DNA of 64,000 bases from Terriglobia bacterium (lineage in GTDB: Bacteria > Acidobacteriota > Terriglobia > JAJPHL01 > JAPKYU01): assembly GCA_965206645.1 (NCBI GenBank), contig CBDBKE010000004.1, forward strand, positions 1,664,001-1,728,000, read 5' to 3'. Shown piece after piece: positions 9,074-19,479 of the stretch. Below the pieces are notes generated by a model, which saw only the letters and a list, made by a program, of their open reading frames with translations, ran no database searches and was not told the DNA's origin. The position numbers were made by a program, and so were the translations under genes. Numbering within the stretch: position 1 is the first letter of the stretch; each line of letters starts with the position of its first letter.

Positions 9074-10240
9074 CTAGGCGATCATCACGGTCCGCGGCAG
9101 CTGCGCGTTGTGCTCCAGGAACGTCCGCTTGACCTCCAGCTCCTCCGCCGTCGGCTGCACCACACCGTTGACGTCGGCCACTCGCGAGGTGACCGTGTGC
9201 TCGCCCGGCGTCGCGCCGTTCCACGTGTAGTTGAAGAACTTCCAGGCGTACTTCTCGCGCGTCGTTGCCGGATCGAGCGTCGCCGGCTGCCACGGTCCAT
9301 CATCGACCTTCACCTCGACCGAGCGGATCGGGGTGCCGTCGTGCAAAACGACGCCGAAGACGTGGTGGCCGTTCGCGGCGCGGGTGACCCGCGCGATGAA
9401 CGACTTCAGCCGCATACGCGTAATCGCCGTCTCCTTCCACTTCATCTCACCGTTGACCATCTCGCCCTTCAGGGTGCGATACCACCGCGCCTGGTACTTC
9501 CCGAGATACTGGTCTTCCTGGACGTGGATCTCGGCGAGGAATTTGACGTGGGGCGCGCCGTACCAGCCCGGGACGAGCAGGCGAAGCGGCCGGCCCTGAT
9601 GACGGGTGAGCGGCTCGCCGTTCAGGTCGTAGGCGAGCAGCGGCTCGTCCGACAGCGCTTTGTCGCGCGGCAGGCTCCGGCCGTACTGCTGGTCGACTGT
9701 GTAGGTCACCCCTCGGAACTCCACTTCCTCTTCGCCATGGTCGGCGCCGAAGAAGACGAACTCCCGCGCTTCGGCTTTTACCCCGGCGCGATCGAGCACC
9801 GCCCGCAGCGGGACGCCGGTCCAGCGCCCGTTACTCGACAGCCCGTTCAGCGGCCCGCGGTTACCCGAGCACTCGAACCCGAAGATGAGCTCGCGGCTTG
9901 GCATCGCGCGGAGGTCGGCGAGCGAGAGCGCCAGCGGCCCGTCCACCAGGCCGGAGACCCGCAAATGATACGTGGCGGTGTCGATCTCGGGGTGGCCGTA
10001 GTGCTGCGTCGTGAAGAACTGGTCGATCGGTGTGAAGAAGTCGTAGATGTGACGCACGTCGATGATGCGGTGGTCGGGGCCGCGAATCCGCCTGATCTCG
10101 TCCGGCAGGTCGGTGAACTCCATGAGCGTTTCGCCCTGCGCGAGAGCCGGAAACGCCCACTCCGGTATGCCAAGGACTCCCAGTCCCGCCATCGCGAGGC
10201 TGCCTTTGAGGATGTCACGACGCGTGGTCTGTCTTGTCAT
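9074..10240 (-). CDS. Sulfite oxidase-family molybdopterin oxidoreductase (SorA/SoxC-like), Tat-exported
   Basis: TTRRDILKG Tat motif. FECSGNR Mo-ligand Cys, WTGVPL, LAYDLNGEPL..HQGRPLRLLVPGWYG, VEVKVDDGPWQ dimerisation domain. Confidence 0.9.
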   Translation of the reverse strand: MTRQTTRRDILKGSLAMAGLGVLGIPEWAFPALAQGETLMEFTDLPDEIRRIRGPDHRIIDVRHIYDFFTPIDQFFTTQHYGHPEIDTATYHLRVSGLVDGPLALSLADLRAMPSRELIFGFECSGNRGPLNGLSSNGRWTGVPLRAVLDRAGVKAEAREFVFFGADHGEEEVEFRGVTYTVDQQYGRSLPRDKALSDEPLLAYDLNGEPLTRHQGRPLRLLVPGWYGAPHVKFLAEIHVQEDQYLGKYQARWYRTLKGEMVNGEMKWKETAITRMRLKSFIARVTRAANGHHVFGVVLHDGTPIRSVEVKVDDGPWQPATLDPATTREKYAWKFFNYTWNGATPGEHTVTSRVADVNGVVQPTAEELEVKRTFLEHNAQLPRTVMIA

Positions 10241-10434
10241 GGTAGGTCCCTTTCCGCGAACGTGTCGCTGCCGGGTTTGGAGATAAACCCTATGCGAACT
10301 ACATCGTCAACCCCTTGACGGGTTTGGTCAATAGCAAACGGTGCCCACGAACCGGCTCGGGCTGGTACCATCAGGGCCCTCGGCATCCCCGCGAGCCGGA
10401 AGCCTCGCATGCGCGGTGTGATGGCGCCCGGCGA

Positions 10435-10455
10435 TTGTGACGTACTTTGTGACGT
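10435..10455 (+). repeat. Tandem 9-bp direct repeat TTGTGACGT, candidate integrase arm-type sites
   Basis: TTGTGACGT at 10435-10443 and 10447-10455, ~150 bp inside the tRNA fragment. Confidence 0.45.
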
Positions 10456-10599
10456 GACCCTGGCATCCAAGCCCAACTAACCCCTTATTACTCGGTGTGC
10501 GTCAGTGTCACATGGCACAGCGGTTGAATCGAGTCATCCCTTGCTGATCGTATCACTTGGGCTCACTCTATCTCATCGCCGCTAACATGGAACGCACAA

Positions 10600-10644
10600 T
10601 TGGGGTGCAAGAGGTCTCGGGTTCAAATCCCGACGGCCCGACCA
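10600..10644 (+). other. 3' half of tRNA-Pro(GGG), probable att site bounding the island
   Basis: TTGGGGT GCAAG AGGTC TCGGG TTCAAAT CCCGA CGGCCCG ACCA: anticodon loop, T-arm, acceptor 3' strand and CCA. No D-arm or 5' acceptor strand upstream. Confidence 0.8.
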
Positions 10645-10812
10645 TTCTTTTAAAAGATGCCGTTTCAACAGGCTACGGGGATTTGACCGCTTCCTTCGCG
10701 GCTCTGTTCGTGCTCGCTATTTCGTACCTGTATCTTGTAACTTCTATCCTCCAAATCCGTCTTGTATTGCTTGAACGCCAGGTGGCTACCCTGAGTAGCT
10801 GCTCGATCATCC

Positions 10813-12659
10813 TTGAACGAGGTTACTTCCATGGTAGGACCGTTCATTTGGAGAACCCTCCTCCTTTCCTTTCTCTCCCATGCTGTGCTATGGGCGGCAG
10901 ACAGTCCATTCATCCAAACATTGCAGATTCGTGGCAGCCGGCGGCCTCTTGAATTAGAGACGCGCTCCGGCCAAACGCTCGACCTGGTCCGTATTGAGCA
11001 CGACGTCCGTCGCCTGTGGGCGACGGGCTGGTTCAACGACATCCTGGTCGAAAGCTCTCCATCCGTGGAGGGAGTGCACCTGGTTTTCACTCTGGCAGAG
11101 AAGCCGCGGCTTCACCTGCGGCGGGTTGAGTTCGACCCCGAAAACGAGCGTCGCGCGGTGGACCTTGAGAGGGGCACGCCCATCGATGCCGTGCTGGCCA
11201 AGAGAGTGGCGGCTGCGCTGCGGCAGCAGCTAGTCGAGCAGGGTCACGCTGAGGCGACGGTGGAAGCCGGAGTGATCCCGGTGGGTTTCCAGCAGGCGGA
11301 CTTGCGGGTCCGGGTGGAGCGGGGCCGGGACTATCGGGTGCAGGAGATGCGCTTCTCGGGATCATTAGGGTTGAAGCCAAACGAGTTGCGGGGAGCGTTG
11401 CGCGCGACTCGCGCGCGCCGCTTGTTGCCTGGCGTAGGCCCGTTATGGCGAGGTTGGCGCTTACTTGCGCCTCTCAGCCAGCAGCGCCTCCAGGCCGACG
11501 TGGAACGGCTTCAGTCGCTGTATCTTTCCCGCGGCTACTTTGATGCCAAGGTAGGAATCTCCACCGTGGACACCGCAGAGGACAAAGCCACAGTTACGGT
11601 GCAGGTGGATGCGGGACCGCGCTATCGCGTGGAGCGGCTGGAGGTCGTGGGAGCCGAGTCGATCCAAGAACTTCCGCCGCAGCCGGATGGCACTTTTTCG
11701 AGTCGCGAACTGTGTCAATTCCTCTTAGAAGCACGCCGCGAGTCGGAAAGAGAGGGCAAATTTGGGTTCACCGCCTTGCTGGAAGCAAAAACGACCTCCG
11801 AACGTCTCCGGGACAGAGGGGGAATTGACCCGAAGCGAGGAGGGTTAGCTGAAACGGGTGCGGCTGCCCGCCCATGGGTCACCCTCAAGGCGAAAATTGA
11901 AACCGGGGCTGTCTATCGGGTGGGGCGGATTGAATTTCGCGGCCACCATGCGGTTGGCGATTTGACCCTGCGACGAGCCCTGCTGTTGCAAGAGGGAGAT
12001 TTGTTTGACGAGGGACGGCTGCGCCGCAGCTTGGCGCGTCTAAGCCAGCTCGTCTTGCTCGAAGCGGTTGTAGAATCGGACGTGCACGTGAAGCTAGCTC
12101 CGGAGGATCACCGCGTTGACCTGAGTATCCTGGTGAAGGAAAAGTCTCGGGGCCGTTGGGACCAGTGAGCGCCTTCGGACATCTGCAGTTCACGATTGGG
12201 TCTCGGCTACCCTCGCTAGGCTACGGACCGCTAGAACTCTCAACTTATCACGCAACCTTCTCACTGCTCGCATTGTCCTCGCCGCTGGTTAGTCTCTTGT
12301 CGTTGGTGCCTCAAGCCGACTGGCAACCGCTGGTTGCTTTGGAGCGCCCCTATCTGCCGGGCCAACGGTGGCAATCGGGTTTTCTTCTCTCACCGCAACT
12401 GGGCTGGCGAGGAACGCTGTCCAGCTACGGGCTCGCGCAGGCTCGTCAGAGTTCCCTCACGGCGCTGGGAGCAGACTCCCCACCTGCCCCACCCGTGTCC
12501 GTTCCGGTTCGATGGAGCAGCGTGGAGGGAGACAATAACTCACCAAGTTTCCCATCCGCTGGAATCCTGCGTTGTGAACCACGCAAGTCCTCCTTGGCAT
12601 GGCTGCAGGCTGCCGGGGCCATGGCTGCGAACTGGTTGCTATCGGTGAGCCCGCTATAG
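10813..12659 (+). pseudogene. POTRA-domain surface antigen-like protein, frameshifted near 12156
   Basis: Signal peptide and several POTRA-like repeats (DVRRLWATGWFNDI; LYLSRGYFDAKV; YRVGRIEFRGHH..LRR). The ORF ends at 12168 and continues in another frame (GPVSAFGHLQFTIGSRLP, 12156-12659). Confidence 0.65.
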
Positions 12660-12720
12660 GCCGTGAATCTCCGAGGCCTGTCCTGAACATCAAAGCTTGC
12701 TACGCGTGGTTTTCAGGCAG

Positions 12721-13074
12721 CTACCGCCTCAGGGTTGCTGTTGCAGAAGCGCCGAGGCTGGTGGGGCGGGAAGGCCGCTCCCGAGTGAGGAAGTCACTCA
12801 TGATCAGGCCAATTAGGATAGCCAACCAGAAGAACCCCGCCACCACGAACACCTTTGTGAGATGACTGCTGTAGCGGACGTGCATGAAGTAGAGGGCAAC
12901 CAGAGTTGCTTTCAAAACCGCGATCAAGACCGCGGCCGCCGTATTCACCCATGCTCCTAGATCCAGCAGCTCTCCTAGATCCCACGAGGCGACAACAAAC
13001 GTGATGATGGTTAACAGGAGAAGTGCCCCAAAGACAAGGCAATAGGCTTTCAGCGAGACAACGTGGTGCGTCAT
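12721..13074 (-). CDS. ctaF: Cytochrome c oxidase subunit IV
   Basis: MTHHVVSLKAY start overlaps the ctaE stop (ATGA). IAVLKATLVALYFMHVRY motif. Confidence 0.88.
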   Translation of the reverse strand: MTHHVVSLKAYCLVFGALLLLTIITFVVASWDLGELLDLGAWVNTAAAVLIAVLKATLVALYFMHVRYSSHLTKVFVVAGFFWLAILIGLIMSDFLTRERPSRPTSLGASATATLRR

Positions 13075-13718
13075 AAGTGCTGCCCGAGCAGATAAAGTAA
13101 CGGGAACAGGAAAATCCACACAATATCCACGAAGTGCCAGTACAGGCCGGTCATCTCCACTGGCGAAGAGTACAGGTTTGTGTAGCGGCCGCGCCAGGAT
13201 TGAAAGACAAGAACCGCTAGAATTACAATTCCAATTACCATGTGCAGTGCGTGCATACCCGTCATGACGAAATAGAAGTAGAAGAAAAGGTGAACTTGGT
13301 TTGCACGCGGACCCTCGTAGTGGAACCAAGGGCCCGGCACCAGATGGTGCTCAAACTTGTGACTGTATTCTACAGCCTTGATGCCCAGAAATACCGAACC
13401 TAGAACAATGGTGCAGAGCAGAAACACAACCAATGCCTTGCACCTGCCGAGTTGCGCGCTATGCACAGCCAGAACCATCGTGAGGCTGCTCGCGATCAAG
13501 ACCACGGTATTGATGGCACCGAGCTCCCTGTCCAGGATCCGGCTGCCTGCGGCAAACGCCTCGGGATAGGCTGAGCGATAGACCGTGTATCCGGCAAACA
13601 GGCCACCGAAGAACATGATTTCGGTGACCAGGAACGCCCACATGCCCAGAGTGACGGCTTCGTGCTGCTGTTCCAGGTCGTCAAACTGGTGCGCCAGCGC
13701 GGCGTGTGTTTCAGACAA
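13071..13718 (-). CDS. ctaE: Cytochrome c oxidase subunit III
   Basis: GMWAFLVTEIMFFGGLF, NTVVLIASS, TGMHALHM, GLYWHFVDIVWIFLFPLLY. Confidence 0.95.
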   Translation of the reverse strand: MSETHAALAHQFDDLEQQHEAVTLGMWAFLVTEIMFFGGLFAGYTVYRSAYPEAFAAGSRILDRELGAINTVVLIASSLTMVLAVHSAQLGRCKALVVFLLCTIVLGSVFLGIKAVEYSHKFEHHLVPGPWFHYEGPRANQVHLFFYFYFVMTGMHALHMVIGIVILAVLVFQSWRGRYTNLYSSPVEMTGLYWHFVDIVWIFLFPLLYLLGQHL

Positions 13719-13728
13719 CTTCCGCCTC

Positions 13729-15339
13729 CTATGACGAATAGGCGTACGCTTCTTCGGTTACTGTGGGTGTTTGCTCGAAATTATGAGTGGTCGGCGGGGA
13801 CGGTGTTTCCCACTCCAGTCCCTTGGCTCCCCATGGATTCGGACCCGCAACTGGCCCGTAGCGCATGGACCAGATCAAATAGACCAGTGGGATCAGGTAT
13901 CCCACCCCGAGGATGGACGCCCCGGCTGAGGACATGACATTCAGTACCTGGAATTCTTCCGGGTAGACGTGATACCGGCGCGGCATTCCAAGATATCCAA
14001 GGAGAAATTGCGGGAAAAATGTCAGGTTGAAGCCGACAAAAATTATCAGTGCGGAAAATTTTCCCCAAGCATCCGGATACATCCGGCCGCTGATTTTCGG
14101 CCACCAAAAATGGATTCCTCCAAGATAGGCCATCAGCATCCCGCCCACCATGATGTAATGAAAGTGGGCAACCACAAAATAGGTGTCGTGCAGATGGACA
14201 TCCACTGCCAGTGAGGACAGCACCAGGCCGGTAAGCCCGCCAAGTGTGAAAAGGCCGATGAACCCCATGGCGTACAACATCGGGGTCTGGTAGGAAATGG
14301 AGCCCTTATACATGGTGGCGGTCCAGTTGAAGACTTTAATGGCGGAGGGGATCGCCACCAGGAAGCTGAGGAAGGAAAAGACCATGCCCGCGTAAATGGA
14401 CTGGCCGCTGACGAACATGTGATGGCCCCAAACCAGAAAGCCCAATGCGGCAATGAGCAGGCTGGAATAGGCCACGAACTTGTATCCAAAAATCCTTTTC
14501 CTGGAAAAACAGGTAATCAACTCGCTGATCACTCCCATGCCCGGCAGGATCATGATGTAAACGGCCGGATGGGAATAGAACCAGAATAAGTGCTGGAACA
14601 AAACCGGATCGCCTCCCAGAGCGGGATCGAAGATCCCTACCCCCAACAATCGTTCCAGCGCCACTAGGACGATCGCAATGGCCAGAACGGGCGTAGCCAA
14701 GACCATGATCAGGCTGGTCGCGTAATGCGCCCAAATGAACAGGGGTAGACGAAACCAGGTAAGCCCGGGAGCTCGCATCTTGTGGATGGTCACAATGAAG
14801 TTGAGCCCGGTTAGGATGGAGGCGAAGCCGGTGATGAAGACTCCCAGGGCCGTGGCGATGACATTGGTATTGGCGTAGGTACTGCTGTAAGGCGTGTAGA
14901 AAGTCCAACCGGTGTCTACGCCGCCGGAAACCACCGCGGAAAGGGTAAACAAGCCTCCCAGCGTAAAAATGTACCAGCTGGCGAGGTTGAGTCGCGGGAA
15001 CGCCAGGTCCCGCGCCCCGATCATCATGGGCACCAGGAAGTTGCCCAGTACGGCCGGAATCGACGGGATCAGGAAAAAGAAAACCATGACCAGGCCATGC
15101 ATGGTGAACAGTTTGTTGTAGGTCTCCGATTGGACCAGATCTCCCTGCGGGGTCATCAACTCCAGGCGCAGCAACACGGCAAATGCGCCGCCCACGATAA
15201 AGAACAAGGTAATCGTCAGCAGGTAAAGCAGCGCAATGCGCTTGTGGTCCGTAGTCAACAGCCAGGACTTCACACCGTAGCTGACGTTCAGATAGTGAAC
15301 GCGCGATTCCATCGGCGACTCGGCGAATGTTGTGCTCAT
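13729..15339 (-). CDS. ctaD: Cytochrome c oxidase subunit I (A2-type)
   Basis: [28 protein letters not shown] (YS motif of the A2 family), [24 protein letters not shown]. Confidence 0.97.
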   Translation of the reverse strand: MSTTFAESPMESRVHYLNVSYGVKSWLLTTDHKRIALLYLLTITLFFIVGGAFAVLLRLELMTPQGDLVQSETYNKLFTMHGLVMVFFFLIPSIPAVLGNFLVPMMIGARDLAFPRLNLASWYIFTLGGLFTLSAVVSGGVDTGWTFYTPYSSTYANTNVIATALGVFITGFASILTGLNFIVTIHKMRAPGLTWFRLPLFIWAHYATSLIMVLATPVLAIAIVLVALERLLGVGIFDPALGGDPVLFQHLFWFYSHPAVYIMILPGMGVISELITCFSRKRIFGYKFVAYSSLLIAALGFLVWGHHMFVSGQSIYAGMVFSFLSFLVAIPSAIKVFNWTATMYKGSISYQTPMLYAMGFIGLFTLGGLTGLVLSSLAVDVHLHDTYFVVAHFHYIMVGGMLMAYLGGIHFWWPKISGRMYPDAWGKFSALIIFVGFNLTFFPQFLLGYLGMPRRYHVYPEEFQVLNVMSSAGASILGVGYLIPLVYLIWSMRYGPVAGPNPWGAKGLEWETPSPPTTHNFEQTPTVTEEAYAYSS

Positions 15340-16283
15340 TCCTCGATTTGCACTTCCCGACTAAGAGATTTAATAAAGGCAATGATCTGCACCAGCCCCT
15401 CCTCGCCGATCTGGCCCTGGAAGGTGGGCATTCTCACGGTGTATCCAGCCACCATTTTCGCGCTGGGCCGCAGGATCGACTCCCGGAGGTAGTCCTCGTC
15501 CGCGATCACAGTCTCTCCGCTGGCTAGGGGCACTGGTTTATTGAACAGCCCTTCCAGCACGGGCCCGCGTCCGCTTGCGTCCGGGCGGTGGCAGGTAATG
15601 CACCCGAGCCGCTGGAACAACCTCTGCCCAATCTCTGCCAGCGACTCTCCTGTCGCGGTTCCTCCCAGCCATTTCTCGAACTCCAGCGGCGGCATGACAA
15701 TAACGCGACCGGCCATTGCCGAGTGTTTCGTTCCACAATATTCTGCGCAAAACAAGTGGTATTCTCCGGTTTTTGTGGGCTCAAACCAGAGGGTTGTGTA
15801 CCGTCCTGGCAACACATCGTATTTCACCCGAAACGCAGGCACGTAAAAACTGTGGATGACATCCTCGGAGGTCATGATCAAACGGATGGGACGGCCGATC
15901 GGCACGTGCAAAGTGTTGATTTCCCGCTGGCCTTCCGGATGCTGAAGTTTCCACATCCATTGCTTGGCAACTACATAGATCTCTAATGCTCCCGCGGGAG
16001 GACTGGCATTTTTGAAATACAGGCTGGTTGCCCAAACAAACATGACCATCGTAATCATGAACGGAGTGATGGACCAGAATAGCTCTAGTCCGATGGAGCC
16101 GATCATCGGACGAGGCTGCTCAGTCTCGGATCGTCTCCGGTAGCGGATGGCGAAGTAAAAGATCAGGAAAGAAATCAGAACTGTGAAAACAAAACTGACG
16201 CCGATCAAAAAATAAAACAGCATGTCCACTTCGCCCGCTATGGTGGACGCCTGTTCAGGAAATAAAGGAAAACCTTCCCACAT
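15336..16283 (-). CDS. ctaC: Cytochrome c oxidase subunit II with fused cytochrome c (caa3-type)
   Basis: Probable start [19 protein letters not shown] and [12 protein letters not shown] CuA site, C-terminal CITCH heme motif. Confidence 0.95.
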   Translation of the reverse strand: MWEGFPLFPEQASTIAGEVDMLFYFLIGVSFVFTVLISFLIFYFAIRYRRRSETEQPRPMIGSIGLELFWSITPFMITMVMFVWATSLYFKNASPPAGALEIYVVAKQWMWKLQHPEGQREINTLHVPIGRPIRLIMTSEDVIHSFYVPAFRVKYDVLPGRYTTLWFEPTKTGEYHLFCAEYCGTKHSAMAGRVIVMPPLEFEKWLGGTATGESLAEIGQRLFQRLGCITCHRPDASGRGPVLEGLFNKPVPLASGETVIADEDYLRESILRPSAKMVAGYTVRMPTFQGQIGEEGLVQIIAFIKSLSREVQIEE

Positions 16284-16327
16284 AAACCAAAGCAGTAAGA
16301 GACCGGCATCGCCGGTCTTCTCGTCTC

Positions 16328-17224
16328 TTACGCCGGACCTGTTTCCTCCGGCTTCCAGTGTTTGCGCCGATCCCGGCGAAACATGACAAACAGAAAGCTC
16401 CCCAGGGCCAGAAGCGTGCCCATCCCCGCGACGCGGAGGACATTCATGACGACCAGACTGTACTTCCCTGTCCTGGGGTCGTAGTGGAAACAAAACAGCA
16501 GCAACTGGTCAACGACCGAGCCGATCTTATGGGCTGAGGCTTCCACCAGTGCCAGGCGCAAGTCCCTGGGCGAATATTCGATTCCGTAGAAGTAGCGGGC
16601 AAGCCTGCCGGTAGGCGTCAAGACCATAATTCCGGTGGCATGGGCGAACTCCCCGCTTTTCGCGTCGTAGGCGTAGCGGAATCCCACGGCCCGGGTCAGT
16701 TGTTGAATCGAGGCTTCCTCACCAGTAAGAAAGTGCCACCCCTGCGATGCCTGGGCGCGAGCGTAGCGCTTAACGTAAGTCTCCTTCTTGGCTGCTGCCA
16801 GCGCAGGCGTCTCCCGTGGATCAAAGCTTACGGTCACCACATCGAATTGATCTCCCACATCGAGGGGAACAACCCGGAGGCTCCGGACCAACCCGTTCAG
16901 CACTAACGTGCAGAGCATAGGGCAATCGTAATAGACAAGAGACAGGATCACCGGCTTCTGGCCAAAATATTGGCGAAGTTGTACGGGCTTGCCGGTCTCG
17001 TCTCGAAAGGTCAGGTTCAAAGGTAATTGCTCGTTCAGCTTTTGATCAATGCCAACGTCACGCAAGGGCGCGGGCCGGACGTTCTGCGCCTGAGCCAGAT
17101 CCGCAGCAAGCGTTAATAGCAGGCAAAGACACAGCAACGCGATGAAATGAGATCTAAGAGGTCGAGACTCTCCACCGCGATTCAGAATTCGTTGCCCTTT
17201 CTGATGAGCCGCGCTAACTGTCAT
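16328..17224 (-). CDS. SCO1/SenC family copper chaperone
   Basis: YYDCPMLC, FAHATG. Sits upstream of ctaC. Start uncertain. Confidence 0.9.
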   Translation of the reverse strand: MTVSAAHQKGQRILNRGGESRPLRSHFIALLCLCLLLTLAADLAQAQNVRPAPLRDVGIDQKLNEQLPLNLTFRDETGKPVQLRQYFGQKPVILSLVYYDCPMLCTLVLNGLVRSLRVVPLDVGDQFDVVTVSFDPRETPALAAAKKETYVKRYARAQASQGWHFLTGEEASIQQLTRAVGFRYAYDAKSGEFAHATGIMVLTPTGRLARYFYGIEYSPRDLRLALVEASAHKIGSVVDQLLLFCFHYDPRTGKYSLVVMNVLRVAGMGTLLALGSFLFVMFRRDRRKHWKPEETGPA

Positions 17225-17646
17225 GGCTTTCGATCAGAGCTCCTCCGGGTTTCTTGTCTCCGATCCTTGGCAGGGAGGCCCCTTTGGGCAAGCACGTCGA
17301 TGGCCCGCTCGATCGGGATTCTGACCACGCCGGCCTCTGGGTCGACCCAACCATAGCTATTTAACAAAGCCTCCTCATCAATGCGCGCTGTTTGCAGATC
17401 CCGTGCGGGGACGACCTGCAGGCGAGGCTGCGGCGGCAAACGCTCCGCTTCCGCCCACAGAGAAGCCGTCGGAGAAGGCTCCGGCTGGAGGCCAGCCAGG
17501 ATGGTATATGTCCAGCTCATCGCCAACAGGGCCACCCCGATGGAAATCACCAGCAGGACCGCGAACAGCGCAATGCGTCCGACGTCCGGCTCGCTCGGCT
17601 GGTAACGCCGGCCCAGGCTTTCCTCGGACTGCTTCGTCTCACTCAT
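17221..17646 (-). CDS. ACIII-associated single-TM protein (ActG-like)
   Basis: One TM segment, PPQPRLQ and YGWVD...VRIPIERAID motifs. Position between actF and SCO. Confidence 0.7.
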   Translation of the reverse strand: MSETKQSEESLGRRYQPSEPDVGRIALFAVLLVISIGVALLAMSWTYTILAGLQPEPSPTASLWAEAERLPPQPRLQVVPARDLQTARIDEEALLNSYGWVDPEAGVVRIPIERAIDVLAQRGLPAKDRRQETRRSSDRKP

Positions 17647-17665
17647 CACGCGCCTACAGCGGGCT

Positions 17666-18847
17666 TCAAGTGCCTTCAGCAACCCCCATCTCTTCATTCC
17701 CACGAGGGTCATACGCCGGCAGCAGGGCTCTCTTGCCCAGTTGCCAAACAAACACTGCTATCCAAATTCCTCCGATACCGACCGGTGCCCCCAGATCCAT
17801 CCAATGGAGGCTGAACCCAGTAGGATGGAATGCCGGCGCGACCAGCCAGAACAAATCCACCAGACGCATCACGGTCATAGCCACCGCCACCGTGGCCAGG
17901 ATTCGCACCCTGCGCTTCGCGACGCGAGATAGTAGCACCAGAAAGGGCAAACAAAAATGGAAAAGGAACAACAGTAGCGCCACCCACTGCCAGCCGCCCG
18001 AACCGCGGTGCAGATACCAGGGAATTTCCTCCGGCAGGTTGCCCGACCAGATAATCAAGTATTGGGAAAACGCGATGTAGGCCCACAGCATGACGAAAGC
18101 CAGCAGGAGGTTACCCAGGTCGTGAAAATGCCCGGCCTCGACGACGTCCGACAAAGGCTTGCGCTTGGCGAGCAGCGCGGTCACGGCGATGGCAAAGGCT
18201 AGCGCCCCCAGTACCTGCCCGATCATGAACATGACGCCGTAAACCGTTGAGAACCAATGCGGCTCCAACGACATGACCCAGTCCACAAAGGCGAACGATA
18301 CGGTGAGCCCGTAAAGCAGCAATCCGGGCCCACTGAGAATCTGAAGCCGCCGCACAAAGGAGCCCTCGGCAGTTCGATCATGCTCGGCTGACCACTTATT
18401 CAAGAAGTAGGCAATCGCGATCCAAATCGCGAAGTAAATGGCTGCTCGCGCAACGAATAAGGGAGGATTCAGGTAAGGGCTCTTGTGTTGCAAGAGTTCA
18501 TCGGCAGCCACTGCCTCGGGACGCGCCCAGACGTACACATTCTGCATGCCGAACAGCAGTGGCACAAACAGCAAGCCCATCAGCGGGAGCGTCCGTGTCG
18601 CGGACTCGAGCGCGCGACAGATCACAAAACCCCACGCGCCTCCGACCAGATGGTGCAGCATCAAGATGGCCAAGCTTCCCAGAGCGATTCCGATCCAGAA
18701 CAGGTAGCCCAGCAGATAGGAGCGGAAAAATTGCTCCGGGTTGGGAAAAGCTCCAACGACACAGATCCCCAAGGCGGCGCCTCCCACCAGAAGCGCTTGC
18801 TTTCGAATGCGATCCATTTCGGGTTGGAGCGTTTCGAGCTCGTTCAT
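17666..18847 (-). CDS. actF: Alternative complex III subunit F
   Basis: Polytopic protein with DWVMSLEPHWFST, HDLGNLL, FSQYLIIWSGNLPEE. Confidence 0.9.
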   Translation of the reverse strand: MNELETLQPEMDRIRKQALLVGGAALGICVVGAFPNPEQFFRSYLLGYLFWIGIALGSLAILMLHHLVGGAWGFVICRALESATRTLPLMGLLFVPLLFGMQNVYVWARPEAVAADELLQHKSPYLNPPLFVARAAIYFAIWIAIAYFLNKWSAEHDRTAEGSFVRRLQILSGPGLLLYGLTVSFAFVDWVMSLEPHWFSTVYGVMFMIGQVLGALAFAIAVTALLAKRKPLSDVVEAGHFHDLGNLLLAFVMLWAYIAFSQYLIIWSGNLPEEIPWYLHRGSGGWQWVALLLFLFHFCLPFLVLLSRVAKRRVRILATVAVAMTVMRLVDLFWLVAPAFHPTGFSLHWMDLGAPVGIGGIWIAVFVWQLGKRALLPAYDPRGNEEMGVAEGT

Positions 18848-19479
18848 TCTGCAGTCCCAATGAGTTCCGAACGTTGCTCTGCCGGAACGTCAGCAAGCGT
18901 TGCGTGTTGGCTCAATTGGAGCGCGCGCACGTAGGCGACAATCGCCCAGCGGTCTTCGGGGAAAATCCGGCTGGCGTAACTGGCCATGCCGCCAAAGCCA
19001 TTTGTGATGGCGTCGAAAAAATGTCCCGCCGGAGCTTCGCGCAGCCGAGGGATGTGAAACGACGGCGGCGAGCGAAACCCTCGTCGCACGACTATGCCCC
19101 GGCCGGTGCCCAGGCGGCCGTGGCAGGGCGAGCAAAAAATGTCGAAACGTTCTCGGCCTCGCGTTAGGATCCCCCGATTGACTGGAAAGGGAAAGGTATC
19201 GGCCAAGGCTCCGCCAGATTTCCCCTCGTAGAAATGCTCATCTCTTCGCAAATGACCACGGGCCACCGTGCCGGCTATCATCGGCCGCGCGGATTGGCCA
19301 TCTTCGAAGAACGTGCTGGCCTCCAGCGCCTCGAACCTGGGCTGGTCGTGCATATCCTGGCGGCACCCTCCCAGCAAAAGGGAACAAAGGACGAGCAGGC
19401 CAATCCGGACGCCCCCTCCCGGAATATGGTTCGCGCACGGATAGTGGATCGTGTTATGGCGCAACTTCAGATACCTCAC
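18844..19479 (-). CDS. actE: Alternative complex III monoheme cytochrome c lipoprotein
   Basis: LLLGGC-RQDMHDQP lipobox, CSPCHG heme motif, MASYA. Start uncertain. Confidence 0.9.
   Translation of the reverse strand: MRYLKLRHNTIHYPCANHIPGGGVRIGLLVLCSLLLGGCRQDMHDQPRFEALEASTFFEDGQSARPMIAGTVARGHLRRDEHFYEGKSGGALADTFPFPVNRGILTRGRERFDIFCSPCHGRLGTGRGIVVRRGFRSPPSFHIPRLREAPAGHFFDAITNGFGGMASYASRIFPEDRWAIVAYVRALQLSQHATLADVPAEQRSELIGTAE

Noticed and set aside
9011-10318. Long antisense ORFs (also 30641-32014, 51610-52914, 40626-41507, 14336-15382)
   Set aside because: Shadow or alternative frames of well-supported high-GC genes, with no recognisable motifs.
10557-10952. 131-aa ORF or a complete tRNA gene
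   Set aside because: The ORF merely reads through the tRNA fragment. The tRNA lacks a D-arm and the 5' acceptor strand.
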